Positions 13,094 to 27,024 of a DNA stretch of 64,000 nucleotides are shown piece by piece. Below the pieces are notes generated by a model. It was not told the origin of the DNA. It was given only the letters and a program-made list of their open reading frames with translations, and did not search any database. The first letter of the stretch is position 1. The number at the start of each line of letters is the position of its first letter. The position numbers were made by a program, and so were the translations under genes. Where the stretch lies: NCBI RefSeq assembly GCF_009914755.1, contig NC_060933.1; one strand, given 5' to 3'. Source of the DNA: the human T2T-CHM13v2.0 reference genome, Homo sapiens.

Positions 13094-13259
13094 GTATAAA
13101 AGTAGTTGTATACATACTTTAGACATATCAGTCATACTATAAATGCTGTCATCATAAGGAACATACATTCATAACCAAATTTACTGAAATACTATCTGAC
13201 AACAAGACAGATTTCTGGACATCAGGACTAGTCTGTAAAATCCAAGATAAAAATCCCAT

Positions 13260-13870
13260 TGCTATAATAACGATAAAAGCAGAGTGCTACAAACCCACAG
13301 ATGAGGGAATGACAAATTTCGTCTGGAATAGATGAGAGAAGGGGACATTTTACTAGGCCTTGTGGGGTAAGTAACATTTAAACAAATGAGCATGGAGAAA
13401 AATGCTTGCTTCTTGGGCTGATGGAAAGACTGGGGAGGGAGTCATGAAAGTTCATTCCGGCAATGAGGACAGTCATATGGAACTACAGCCCTGGATGAGT
13501 GGGGTGGGGGCCAGGCAGGGGAGAATAACGCAGCATGCATTTGTCAAAATTGATTGTCCACAGATTGGGGATTGCTTGTAATCATCTGCTAAGAAGTGTG
13601 GGTTTTATCTTACAGCAAATAGGAGTCACTGAAGGCTTTGAAAACCAAAATGGAAATGAACAAGACTGTTCTGTGAAGAGAACTGTGGCCACTCAATAAA
13701 GTACAGGGTGGACAGATATGAAGATTAAAAGCAGGAAGATCTATAAGAAACTAATATGATAGTCCAGGTAAGAGAACCCAACTCCCTAAAAGGAGGGAAT
13801 GAATGAAAGATATTTTAGTAGTAGCTCTTGTTGGATTTATAATGGATTTTTAATTTATAATTTGATATAA
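13260..13870 (-). mobile_element. L2 LINE fragment
   Basis: gctaagaagtgtgggttttatcttacagcaaataggagtcactgaaggctttg...aaagcaggaagatctataagaaacta...atagtccaggtaagaga. Confidence 0.7.
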
Positions 13871-13938
13871 TCCTAAAGCTTTACTTCTCCTGACGTCTCC
13901 CCAAAACTACTGATATACAGAAACCTTCTCTTGCCCCT

Positions 13939-14104
13939 ATACACACACACACGTGTACATGCTCATACACACACACATGCATGTTCACTTGCATCGTGCA
14001 CATGCACACACACGTGTGCATGGTATATACATGCACACATGCATGTTCACTTGCATGCGTGCGCACGCACGCACACACACAAACACACACACAGACACTC
14101 ACAC
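13939..14104. repeat. Complex (CA)n/(CATG)/(CACG) alternating purine-pyrimidine tract
   Basis: Seen directly; internal repeat acacatgcatgttcacttgcat at 13973 and 14035. Confidence 0.95.
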
Positions 14105-14574
14105 TAACGTAATACAGAGAACAAGGCCTAGCAGCCCTGGGCTAACATGAGAAGGGCTGTGGGCCTAGACTACAATGGAGCTTTTATCAGTAAAGGAAGT
14201 GGAGTTCCTTCTCCCTTAAGAAAAGGAAAATGGTGGATTTCTTTTGGTATGTAAGGGATTCTGCAAGCTACCCAAGTCAGAAGCCTCCTGTCACCTCATA
14301 AAAAAGAAAAGAGGCACTGAACTGACGATGCTTAGTGATTTAACACAAACATAGGAATATGTGTTTGATACATTCCCTTCCTTGTGTTAATTACCAATTT
14401 CCTACTGAATACATATGAAGTAAGTTTACAGGGAGTTTTAATTTTCCCAAGAAAAATTAAACGTACAAAGACTATTCTCATATAAGAAAATAGGGACTGT
14501 ATAATAATCAAATTATCAGGAAAATTTTAACAGACAGAAGGAAGGCCATATGGTAGTAAACACACCCATGCAAG

Positions 14575-14720
14575 GACACAAGTTATTAAATGCTACAAAC
14601 AACCTTGTATTGTCCCCATTTTCTATTTTATTTTAGAAGACACCGAGTAATTGAGGAGTGAGTGAGTCATGTTCTTGGTTAGTAGGTAGTATAGAGCAGA
14701 TTTAAACCCAGGTCAGCCAG
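14575..14720 (-). mobile_element. MIR SINE
   Basis: tgtccccattttct...agagcagatttaaacccaggtcag. Confidence 0.55.
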
Positions 14721-15738
14721 AAATGTTCATCAGGAGCCTAGACTTGATATTTAGAAGGAAGTGATAAATGTGGATTGGTGTAAACGTGTGGGAAATAATC
14801 AAAGATTAGTAAAAAGTAAAAAAAATAGCAGAATGAATAAAGCAGTAAAATGTGATAGGAACAGATGAATGGAAGAAAATGGATGACTCAATACAGAGAA
14901 AAAAGAAAGCTACAATTTCAGTAATATAAAATTTTAGTCATGGCTATCTTTCCCCAAGTAATTCTTCATTACAGTGGCTGGACACATTCCTAAGAAAACT
15001 TTTGTTTGTTTTGTTTTGTTTTCTGTATAAACAAATAGTGAAAGTAACCTCCAGCCTTAATGTAAACTTAATTTTATATTTATTATTTGACTCTTCTATT
15101 CTACATAAATTGGTAAAGAATGATTAAACAAATTTTGTGGCATTAGATTTGAACAGATCATATAAAGGAGAAGGGAGGTCTTTTACGACATATTTTTCCC
15201 AATTTGGCTTATTCCATGTATATGCATTTTATTTTATTTTTCTCAAGTTTAATTTCAAAATTATTTGACTTGCTCACCTTAACAGAAAACCTTTTAGTGA
15301 ATTTAAATTTGATTTTTAGCAAATTATTTTCAATTTAGTGGTAAATTAATATCAATAAAGAAAAGCAGTTGGAGTTGGCAAGATGTTAAAAGGAAACCCA
15401 TTCTTATTACCATTTCCTTTCATATTTATCTGACTTAATGAAAATGAATGCACTGTTTCTTACAGTTAATACTTCACTGCTGATGACAGTTTTATTTTCC
15501 TAAACATGCTTTTACAATTTGTTACAAATACCTCATACCACGTGTGCAACTTATGTTTCTTATTAAAACTTAAAGACAAATGATGTTATATGGGACTAAC
15601 ACCAGTGATTCAACTCAGTTCCGTAACTCTGGAGCTGATAGAGTATACAATAATTTCTGAAGCATACAGTTTGTCTTCTCTGTTCTCCAGAACCACAGAA
15701 CTTCTCTGATCTGTTCTAGTGGGGTGACTTGGGATAAC

Positions 15739-15801
15739 ATAAAGACTTCCCAGGAATTTTCCAGTGGCTCATGTCCTGGAAAATTCTTGGGAAGTGTTTA
15801 T
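15739..15801. repeat. 26-bp-arm inverted repeat (hairpin) with 11-nt loop
   Basis: ataaagacttcccaggaattttccag / ctggaaaattcttgggaagtgtttat: 24 Watson-Crick pairs, 1 G.T, 1 mismatch. Confidence 0.9.
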
Positions 15802-17029
15802 ATCATCATACGGCTCATATTACTCAACATAAAAGAGTAGTTTTAGCCACATCCACATAATTATTAAAAAGGAAAACAAAATACCAGTTTCCATATAAGA
15901 ATACTGATCCAGCCATGTCTTTCAAACATTTCTCTACATTGTTCCTTCCTTGTCTACTCAGAGAACTCTACATAGTCAAAAGGCACTTCCTGAGTCAACC
16001 TTTTGCTATATCCTATGCACAAAGGAATTATATTTCCCTAAGCATTTGATTCATGTTTTGTATAGTGTACCTGTTACATTTTATTCTAATTATATATTTA
16101 CAGGGCTGTCTAGTCCATCTCTGATATTAGTGGCTGACGTAGTACATTTTTTGATGTAAAAAAAAAATGAACCAGTAACGGATGGACTGGTCTTTAAGTG
16201 TGAACAGTTTTTTCACATTGGAAGCATAGAATCTTATAGTTTTATATTTATAACTAAAGTTTTGAGGAACCAGACCTCATCCTCCAAAGCACAGATGTGA
16301 TGCTTCACTCTGGACTGTGACAGCAGGCCTGTACTGCCTAATTTTGCAAGCTAAAGCAGGCACATGACTTAGGGTGGCCTTCAATACAGTGAACCCCTTG
16401 ACTTTTGCCATATATATACCCCTCTTTTGTAGTACATGGGTTCTTAATCGTAGAATGTGGAACTAATCATGATTCTCCAAGTTCTCTATAGTACCTTTTA
16501 GAAGATATCCTTCATGATCTACTGTACAATTCCATATTCACTTGGACAGTCTATAGAAAATCATTCACATTGACCATTGGCTCTGATTTTAGTTTGCTAC
16601 CCATTCAAGGCTAAGTTGTTAACCTTGCTAGTCATCTTTAGCACTTAAAAAATTTAATGATATGTAATGGAACCTAAGTCTGAGAGAGAAGAAAACTGAC
16701 ATGTCAAACTAGTATTTCTATCAAAATATTGTTGAATTCTCCATTATCAAAGAAAAGGATTTATATCCTTTGCCACATTCAATGGTACAAGTAGAAGTGT
16801 GTAGCTTCATAAAATATATGGGAGAGGGAACATTCACAGCCTGTGTTATTTTTTCGCAGTTTTCTAGAGTTTGTAGGATTATTAAAATGTAGACCTCTGG
16901 AGATGAATGAATAAAATCAAGGCTTAGCAACAGCATATAAAAAGAATAGAGAGAAAGCACGTTTCTATTTAAGACAAGGGTACTGATAAGAAGGATATTG
17001 GTAGGTACAGGGAATCAGCATCTTCAAAC

Positions 17030-17285
17030 ATTTCTTCCATCTTTCCAATCCCAGCCCAAGGTCTGCCTGATCCAATTTTCACTGGCTCTCCTTCTTTATA
17101 TCGCACTCATAGATTGCATGTCATAATTTATGGTTCATTTTACACTTTTTTAGCCTGCACAATTTGAAGCTCCTGGATGTAGAAACTGTTTCTTGTTTCT
17201 TTTTTTTTTTTTCTTGTTCCTTTTGGATCTCCTAATGTGCCTACTCTACTTAGTGCATGGTAGATGACTAATTAATTGATTAGGT
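17030..17285 (+). mobile_element. L2 3' end fragment
   Basis: tttgaagctcctggatgtagaaactgtttcttg...ttggatctcctaatgtgccta...gcatggtagatgactaattaa. Confidence 0.55.
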
Positions 17286-18069
17286 AGATTTAGAGAAAAC
17301 ATTTCAGCACTAACAAGTTTGATCTCTTATCAGAGAGAGGTTTAAATTCAGAAAGTAATTGGCAAAATGCTTGGAATCAGAGACTACACTATGTAGCTGT
17401 TTTGGAGCCACTCTCAACAAAGAGAAACTGAACCCAGGCCTCTTTCAAAAATCATCATATTACATTTGTAATACTTAAGACATTTAAGTGCATACATTTT
17501 GTGAAAATTTAGAGACTCTGTTACTATGGTAATTCTTAATGTGAATTTCCACATAGAGATGCCAGGAAGATTTCAATGTTGCTATGTATCTATTTTAGAA
17601 TAATATACAGAACTCCTTATTTGAAAATTCTATTGTATTTCCAAATCCATGTGTGTTAAACTGACTTCGTGTTTGTAAATCAAATCCTAATAAAAATAAT
17701 TTTAAGCATTTTGAAGAGTAAGGTATCCATCAACAATTATAATTAATAACACCTGGAAGTAATGAAGCTACTTAGTCTGAGCAGACAAAAATGCTTTCAA
17801 AATTTATATAATTTTATGATTTTGGTATTCTCCTGCCTTCCACACTGACCTTATTCTTCCTACTCTGTACACTAACTGGTCTTGAAGATTTTAATTTTTT
17901 AATGTAGTGAACTTTCCCAATCTGCCATTGAGCTGACAGAATACTCAAGAACACTGAATTTTACATTTATTTAATTTTTTGGTAATTTGAAGAATTTTGT
18001 TCCAACATAGTAGGTGAATCACTTGACTTCAGTTGTCTCATATTGGAACTAATTAGAATAAAAGAGGAA

Positions 18070-18175
18070 AAAAACCATGTCTCGCCTTGTTTACTATTTT
18101 ATATCCAGTACTTCATACAATCCCTAGTAAATATATACTCAATAAATGTCTTTTTAAATGAATGAATAAATGAAC
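18070..18175 (+). mobile_element. L2 3' terminus
   Basis: ccatgtctcgccttgtttactattttatatccagtac...actcaataaatgtc...aatgaatgaataaatgaa. Confidence 0.75.
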
Positions 18176-18859
18176 AAGGTAAGGCATAGCCAAACAGGTA
18201 GAATTTTGCAGTAAAGGTTAAGAAAGCAAAGCAAGAGTAGTTCTGGGGCTTAGACCTGCTCTCCATGAGGAAGGAGGTGCTGAGAATAGGCAGCAGACAA
18301 CACTGGCCAGGTGAGAGTTGGCATCTCTGAAGTCATGAACTCAAAAAGGCATTAAATATTTGCACAGAGAACCAGATTTAGGAAACAAAAGATTCTTGAT
18401 ATATATAATATCTGACCCAAAGCAAGAGGAATTTACAGGAATCACTTAACATCTGGTATGGGGACTTTTCTGAAAAGTTTCTCTGGAGCAAAGGATATTA
18501 AGTAGAAATTAATAACATGTGCTATTCAAAATGGTAACGTATTGTCTTTCCTGATATAACATGCTTATTTCTTAATTTTGTCAAATATAGAAATATTAAT
18601 GAGGCCTCAAAAGCTCTCTTCACCTAGCCATTTTTATTTTCCACTTAGTCCACAGATTTGTTAATTCAATTTTCCTTCCAGAACAACACTTTAGAAACCC
18701 ATTTGTTTGACTAAAGAGAGACAAATAAATGCTTATTTTAGATCCTAGTGGTTTTGACCAACATATAACACATATCTAACTACTTAACCTCTTAATTTCT
18801 ATGGAAATGGGGTTGAGAGCCACTGATCAACTGAACAAGCAAGTCCTATTTTGCCTGTC

Positions 18860-19222
18860 CAGCTTGCTAACATTTTCTTTTTCTGTTCAGAATGTCTTGT
18901 CTTTTCCCTTCTCTCCTTAACTTCTTTCTCATTTGCTAAAATCCAGCTAATACCTCAAGGTCTAACTCCAGTGTTCTCTACTCCTATGGAGACTGGGTTA
19001 GAAGAGTCAGATTTTTAGACCTCTACAGTCCCCATTTTCTTTCTATTACTGCACTTATCACACTCTTTGCTTTGAGTTCTCTACATCTCTTTTCTCTTTC
19101 AGCTCATGATTTCTTTGATGGCAGGAACCAACTCATTTTCATTTTTATATCTTCAGAACCTGGATATATCACATACTCCAAAAATATTTGAATGAATAAA
19201 TAATTGAGTGAGCAAATGAACA
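18860..19222 (+). mobile_element. L2 3' end fragment
   Basis: cctcaaggtctaactcc...gcacttatcacact...tgatggcaggaacc...tatatcttcagaacctgg...aatatttgaatgaataaat. Confidence 0.7.
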
Positions 19223-19370
19223 GGTATGCTGGATAAAGAAGATGTCTTCTTTGCAGCAGAAGACAACAAGAAAACTGTAGCTCACTGAGCCATGGCAGAA
19301 ACGATCCAAACTGCGGAGTAAGAAATTAATAAACTGAAAAACAAGCAGTCTTGATTTTCATGTGATAAGA

Positions 19371-19810
<440 letters not shown>

Positions 19811-20524
19811 TTTTTAAAATTTTTATTCAATATTTGTTTTAGTTTTTAATTTTAATTCAAGATTTGTCATGTGATAAGAGCTTAATACATCAGAACTCTC
19901 AAACAATCTTAAACTTCTAATTTTAGCTTCATATTTAGTAACTACTTTAAGAACACTTCTCTTAATCTTCCTGACCTTACATCATTATTTTAGAATATAA
20001 TTCTATTTAATAAAAACAAATAAGTAAGAAAAAACTTACCATTCTTTTAAGTGAATAAGGTCTCCTAACACATTGCAATTCTATTTAATATGCAAGAAAA
20101 ATCAATTTACTAAGTAGTAGCCCTAACATTGGGAAAGTTGGTACTATTCTATACTTTAGTCTCAAAAGACAGGATTTCTATTACAGGACAAAGTTATCCT
20201 TTGAGAGAAAAATGTCCTTTGTACAGTTATGTTTGTGAGTATGATTTTGAACTATAAGTTCAGGCATCATAAATATATCCCTCTGTTCTTTTCTATCCTG
20301 TGTTTATTCTGTTTGTTCAAGCCAAGAGCTAGGATATAAAAGGATGCTTTCTCAAAAGACTGAATATCAGAAAGTTATACATCTAAGTGCACAGAACATC
20401 CATTCTTCCAAGATCAGGAACAAATATCTGAAAATGTAGTTTGATTTATTGGTTTATAACATTCCATAGTTTCCAGCCTATGCTCCAAGAATGGGACTGG
20501 TTTCCTAATTAGAGCAAAGTAACT

Positions 20525-20994
<470 letters not shown>

Positions 20995-21241
20995 ATGCCA
21001 GAGAAGGATAAGTTAGAAAAACAAAAATTTGAGGTCATGAGCTTTTATAAGCCCAGTGGAGAAGTGAAAAATGTGATTTCCAGAAAAAGTAGATTTAAAT
21101 TTATATGCTATTAGAAGTCCCTTAAAAGGCAATTCATCATTAACAAAAGAACAAAGTTCTATAAAACTATTCCCTTCAAAGAAAGGAAGTAAAGTCAGCA
21201 AAGGAGAAAAAAATGTTTGAAAATCATCAAATACTTTGAGT

Positions 21242-21720
21242 CAGAGGCATTTATGTGTGGTCCAGATACCCTAGGGGTCCACAGGTCAAAACTGGCTTCA
21301 TAATTATACTAAGACATTATTTCCCTTTTCACCCCCATTTTGTCCCAAGTGCACAGTGACATTTTCCAAAAGCTACATGATATTACAATAGATAAAATGC
21401 AGAAGCAGATATGAGAGTCCAACTGCCTTCTATTAGGTCGAACATGAAAGAAATTGGCCAAAAATTTAAACCAGTGCCATTCATTTCATTATTTGTCTGG
21501 CTTTAGAAAGTAAATAAGTATAGTTGTTCTCATACAATACATTATTTCATAGGTAATCATTAGTATTATTTTTAAATATATTAATACATATTTCTAAAAT
21601 TTCTCAGTTTTAACTTTGAATATGTTACGTATTGAATAGACATTACTAATAAAAACTTTTGAGGATCCTCAATTTCTAACATCCAAATATGTCCCAAAAC
21701 CAAAAGTTTAACAACTGTTG
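21242..21720. mobile_element. hAT-Charlie element (Charlie4a-like)
   Basis: ggtcaaaactggcttcataattatactaagacattatt...aatgcagaagcagatatgagagtccaactgccttctattagg...accaaaagtttaacaactgttg. Confidence 0.8.
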
Positions 21721-21860
21721 GTTTACACAATCTTCCCTATCTCAGCAAATTCAGTCTTTATCGTTCTCTTATTTGCTCAAGCTAATAATCTGGGGGTCAT
21801 CTTTCATTCTTCTCTTTCTCTCATTCTCCTATATATTCTCCTATATATTACAGGACATAT

Positions 21861-23550
21861 TCTCACAGGATCCTTGGGGTGTCACTTTGCCAGCTGGAAA
21901 TCTCTGTGGTCAGTGGCGCCTTTGCCTGAGTTTTGCTTGCGCCCACTGGCTGGGCTCATTCTGCCCACTTGGCGGGGCAGGCTACACTTGGCTATGTTAC
22001 CAGCCCAGATCCCATGCCTGCTAAAGGTAAGACAGGCGCAGAGCAGCAAGGTGTGCATGAGTGAGCAAGCATGGGATCCAGCCACTGTACACAGGCAGAC
22101 ACACCGGCTGTGGCAGGACAGGCTGCTCCAGGCACCAGCATGGGTGCCAGCTCCCTGCAAGGCTGCAGCTGGACCAGGCATATCGCAAGTGGCTTCCACT
22201 GCTGGCACCAGGGAATGAGGTGGCGCCTGGAAACTTGGAGATACTAGGAACTGTGGAGTCCCAAAGAGGGTGTCACAGTCCTGGCTCAAGGAGCTTCTAG
22301 CTCTGGGCTCCCCAAGGGGCTGCAGCTCTTCTCTCTTTCTCCCTTCTTTCCTTTTCATCACCCTCAACATGGCAAGTGAGGGGCGTGTTTCAGATCTGTT
22401 TGTGTTACACCTCTTTCAGTCCTGCTATTCAGAAGGTCCCAAGTTGTCCCACATCCAGGAAGAATGAGGCACACAGACAACTGGAGGGTGAATAAGGTGA
22501 AGAGGTGCTTTATTGAGCAACAGTACAACTCTCAGGAGACAGGAGACCCGAAGTGGGAAGCTCCTTTCCACAGGCATGTCATCCTAATGAGTTCAGCTCT
22601 CAGTGGAAAGGAGATCCAGAGTAGGTAGCTCCTATCTGCAAGCAGATTGTCCCATCAAGTATGCAGCTCTCAGCAGAGAGGAGACCAGGAGTGGGTAGCT
22701 CCTATTTATAGGCAGGTCGTCCCCACATCTGCTCAGCTATCAGCTGCTGAGAGGAGACCCACAATGGGTAGCTCCTTTCTGCAGGCTGGTGGTCCCAACA
22801 TCTACCCCAGTCTAGCTGAGTCCAGGGGTTTTTACATGCTTCAGAGGGGAGGAAGTGTGTGCTGATTGGCCCATGGGCAGCCATGGGCAGGGTTGGATAA
22901 AGTACCATAAGTTCTCACTTTGGTCTGCGTACGTGGCAGTCCGCCCCCAAGGCTTTAGGCCATCCCAGGCTTGAAGGTGGATCTTCACTGGGATCTACCT
23001 CTTTTTTCCCAGAAGGCTATCTGCCTCCTGCTGGGGTGCATGGTGCCCTGGCTGTTAATGCTGAGGGGTGCCTGCAGGCTAGCACTGAGCTTCCCTCAGC
23101 ACCCCCTCATCCTCCCTCCTGTGCTCATCAGTGCCCAAAGTCTCAAGAGCTTGAGGCTGCAGGAGGCTGGTGTGTCAACGTCACCCCAAGTGCAGGCACA
23201 CCCAACTGGGTTGCAATAGCCCCCGGGCTCAGCCACAACCCTGCTCTGAAACTGGAGCAGGTTCTGGGAGCAGGGAGGGGCTAGGCAACAGGAGCAGGAA
23301 CCTCTGAGCTTGAGGAGACAGAGGGGCTTCCCTGAGAGCACGGAGATGCTCAGGTTCCCAGCTGTGACTCCGCGGCTGTGGCTGCACCCAGGACGGTGGG
23401 TCTCCCACCCCTTCAAGTTGGAAGTGGGTAGGGCTCCCACCTGTTCCTGGCGACTGCTGGCTCTGTGGAGCGTGCAGCCCCAACTGCACCTCCCCTGCTG
23501 CAGCCGGCATCTTTGCAGCAGCTGCTCCAGTTGGGCCACTGCTGCCATCA
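21861..23550 (-). mobile_element. ERV1 solo LTR MER52 (MER52A-like), ~1.7 kb, inserted into L2
   Basis: caggatccttggggtgtcactttgccagc ... gggccactgctgccatca termini; internal gagacc..gtgggtagctcct tandem units; 4-bp TSD atat at 21857-21860 and 23551-23554. Confidence 0.9.
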
Positions 23551-24049
23551 ATATCAAGTACTACCAAAGCCTGTAAGTTTTATCAACAATGTATATCTCT
23601 GACTTGTGTTCTACCTTCCCTCTCTACACCATCACCATAACTTAAGAACCATTCTTCTATGACATAACAACATCCCCTCCACTGACTTCATTGCTTCTAC
23701 TCTTGCCCCTCTCCAATCCATTCTTTTATTCAGTCAAACATCTTTTATCCCATAGAAGCTACAGCTTCAGTGCCTATATCCTAGGATGCTTTCAAGGATG
23801 GGACACAATGTTAGGAACTTAAAAAATAATCATTGACACTGAGAGAAAAATAACTCACCAAATAAAAGTTAATTAATGCTTATTTGAAAATCTGTAGAAT
23901 GGCATATCAACTAATCAATGCAATTCAATTAGCTATAGAAAAGTTACCTTTAACTAAGGTTATGGATCCAGTTTAAGATGCATTGTAAGATGTGGTGTGA
24001 GGTCTCCAGAAGGGAGAGTAATTTGGTTCATACCCTTTACCTTCATCTC

Positions 24050-24510
24050 ATACATTCTTCCTCTCATTTATTATGTTCTAACAACACTAATGGGGTTGTT
24101 GGTGTTAAACATGAAAAGCTCCTTCCTACCTTTGAGTTTTTTCACTTGTGGTTCCTTGAGTGAAATGTTTTTCTCCAAATACTTCTCGAGTTTCATTCTT
24201 GTTTTGTTTTTTCAGGTGGCTTTCCTTGGATATTCTATAAAAATCTTTTTTTCTTTAAGTTACTCTGTAACCTCCAAATGTTTACGCTTTCAAGGCACTG
24301 CTTATATAGTCCTATAAATTTTTACTTATGGAATGTTTCATTAGTGTCTATATACTACAATAAAATGCATGTCATCAAAAGGTAGAAATCAGGGCTGACT
24401 CATATGTATATGTACATGTGGGATGGGAGAGGGAGGGATATCCAGTATCTACTCATGGCTGGACATAGAATAAGAGCTCAAAAATTATTTGAAAAGTGGA
24501 TGAACAAAAG
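24050..24510 (+). mobile_element. L2 3' fragment
   Basis: ctcttcctacc-type motifs, then tggctggacatagaataagagctcaaaaattatttgaaaagtggatgaa. Confidence 0.55.
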
Positions 24511-24611
24511 ATTGGCACCTGATTTAACAGTGTGTCACCTTAATAGGCCATGTTTCTGGGCCTGAAATTTCCTTATCTGTAATACTGGGAAAGTATTAGT
24601 ACTTTACACTT

Positions 24612-24950
24612 GCTCATCCATTCATTCTACAAATATATGCAGAAAACATACACTATTTAAGGCATTATCCTAGGCACTAAATATTTAATGAACAAAACAG
24701 ATAAAAATACTCACTTTTAGGGAGTTTACATTCTAGTTTGGGAAACAGACAATAAACAAGCAATTAAATAAAGTATATAGTATACCAGAAGATGACAACG
24801 GCAATGAAAAAAAATAAAGCAGAATATTAGATTAGAAAAATCTAGGAGGTGGGTGGGTTGGGAATTGCAATTTTAAACAGATGAACAGAGAAGGTAAAAA
24901 AGATGACAAGTAAGCAATGAGTATTTAGGGTTACTGAGTATTTAGAGTTA
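24612..24950 (-). mobile_element. L2a 3' end
   Basis: tcatccattcattctacaaatat...aggcattatcctaggcact...aatgaacaaaacagataaaaat...ggagtttacattctagtttgggaaacagacaataaacaa. Confidence 0.85.
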
Positions 24951-25404
24951 CAGGTATCAAACAAAAATGAAGCTAAAGAATATGACAAGGTATAGCCACT
25001 CAAGAAATAGTTGACAGTATTTTTTGCTGAGTCCACAACCTAGATAAGAACAAAGGGCACCATACTAATATCTTGAGAGCTAATAAAAACCGCCTTCCTC
25101 ATTTAGATAATCTGTTGTATAAATGAGGTTTGGGGGTAGGAGGGCATTCTATTGAATCATGTGTCTTGTGGTTTAACTATACTGAAAACACTTCCTACTT
25201 CTCATGATATTCTAGGACACTTCTTGTAGGCACTCCCTATGTGGACATATGAAACTGAACTAAGACAAATGAAACTGAACTAAGAAAGTAAATGGTGGTC
25301 CAGACCAACTGACAGTTTGACAGTGAAAAAATATTCGTTCCAACTCTACATGACTAAAGGGCTGTCCCTGTCCCCTGAGTTGGAACAGATTGATAACAAC
25401 ACCT

Positions 25405-25580
25405 GTGATAATAATGGCTCCACATTTTGAATGCTTGTAGGATTTATTCCTCATATTAACTCTACAAGGTAAGTAATATTATTACTCCATTTTTCACATG
25501 AGGAAACTGAGGCTCGGAAATGTAAGTTTGTAACACTAAGTTATTAATTAGGTCTCTGTGCCTACAAACACTGTGCAACA
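25405..25580 (-). mobile_element. MIR SINE
   Basis: aggtaagtaatattattactccatttttcacatgaggaaactgaggctcgga. Confidence 0.8.
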
Positions 25581-26400
25581 AGGTTTCTTCATTATTTCAC
25601 ATTCCTGAACACTTATTAAGGATGAAAAAGACATCTCTGATAAAACTGTTGGAAATGAATGGAGATTGTCATGCCTTCTTCAGGCACAGAAATGAGATCT
25701 TAAAGTCAAGGAGAAATAATGTGTGGATTGTATAAAGGTGGATGCTCTAAAGTCCCCACCAAATGTAAACTCATTGGTCATTCTAAGCAACTTCTAAAGC
25801 ATGCCAGGAATACAGATCCAGATACACAGAAAGGCTAAGAATAACTTTTTTGGGATAGTCACAGGCCCTCACATCCTCTGCTCTTTCATTTTCACTCTTC
25901 CAAATTAACACAAATATTTACATACTTATTTGTGGTTCCCATAGTTGGTAGTTATCCTCTCTGAGTCTCAATAAGCATTCTTCTGCAATTCTAAATCTTC
26001 AACACTAATCCCATCTCTCTGAAGGTATTTGATTTATGTTTATAAAGTTACTCTGAGATGAAATAGGCAATAATTATGAAGAAGAGTCTGTTATTGACTG
26101 TTGGCTGCTTTTGGAGTTATTTTTCTCAGAAATGTGACAATTAGAAGACAGAAATTAATATTTTGCTATGTTCCTAATGATATACAATGGGTGATTTTTT
26201 TAAAGGAACATGATAAACGCTAATATGAAACTGAACTACGACAACTAATGACAGCAGGAAGACAAATTCTGATTAAGGCTATTGTACTGCAGCTTCTTGA
26301 AGTCCTATGAATATCTTTAGAAATTAAAATATATGCAATAACTTAAAATAAGACAGCAGTCAGTAAATTATTCAAAAACGTTCCAGCATAGGAAATAATA

Positions 26401-26477
26401 CTAGGTTAAACTATAAGAAATAGTCCTTATTTGATCTTTTTGACCTATAAAAATGACAATTACATAGTTCAACCTAA
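26401..26477. mobile_element. MADE2 (mariner-derived MITE)
   Basis: taggttaaactataagaaat...tttttgacctataaaaatgacaattacatagttcaacctaa; ~80 bp with terminal inverted repeats. Confidence 0.85.
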
Positions 26478-27024
26478 AGAGTAAAGGCTATATTTTAAAA
26501 GTGTTTTATTTCCTATTATTCTGACCTCATATATGTGGGTTTCTACACACTTATTAAAAATTATTCAATTTCCTCATTTCTACTTTTCTTGTATAGAGGC
26601 TTTAATAATCACTTAATCCTAAGGTTACAGAAATAGATAAAGACATCAGGCTTAAGATAATGGCAAAGAGAAGAAAAATAAAAAGAGATAAGGGAAGAGA
26701 AGGAGTGGCAAAGAAGGACACAAGACAGAGACATATTGAAAAATCCGCATGAGGCAGAGTGTTAACGAAAGAAAATAGAGAGACTCCAGTGAACAGAGAA
26801 AGGGGAGGGATGGAGGGAGTAGATCAATTTTTGCTCAGGAAAATTTGTCTTTCTGGGTATATGCTGACCTGCTAGCAACTGTAAGCTCTCAGTAAATAGT
26901 GTGTTGTTAGTTTTGTTAGTGTTGTGACTGCCTTTGTTATCATTGTATTCAACCTATTAAGTAGGATAAGCATGTATTTTTTGCTTATGTTCTGTTTCCT
27001 ATTGTTTCCCTGAGCTTACTATGT

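Noticed and set aside
22544-22800. Regularly spaced ~70-bp repeats superficially like a CRISPR array
   Set aside because: Whole units are similar with no unique spacers; intrinsic to MER52 in a eukaryotic context.
21689-23576. Many overlapping ORFs up to 166 aa in a GC-rich island
   Set aside because: They lie almost wholly within the MER52 LTR, where GC richness suppresses stops. CpG-depleted, so not a CpG-island promoter.
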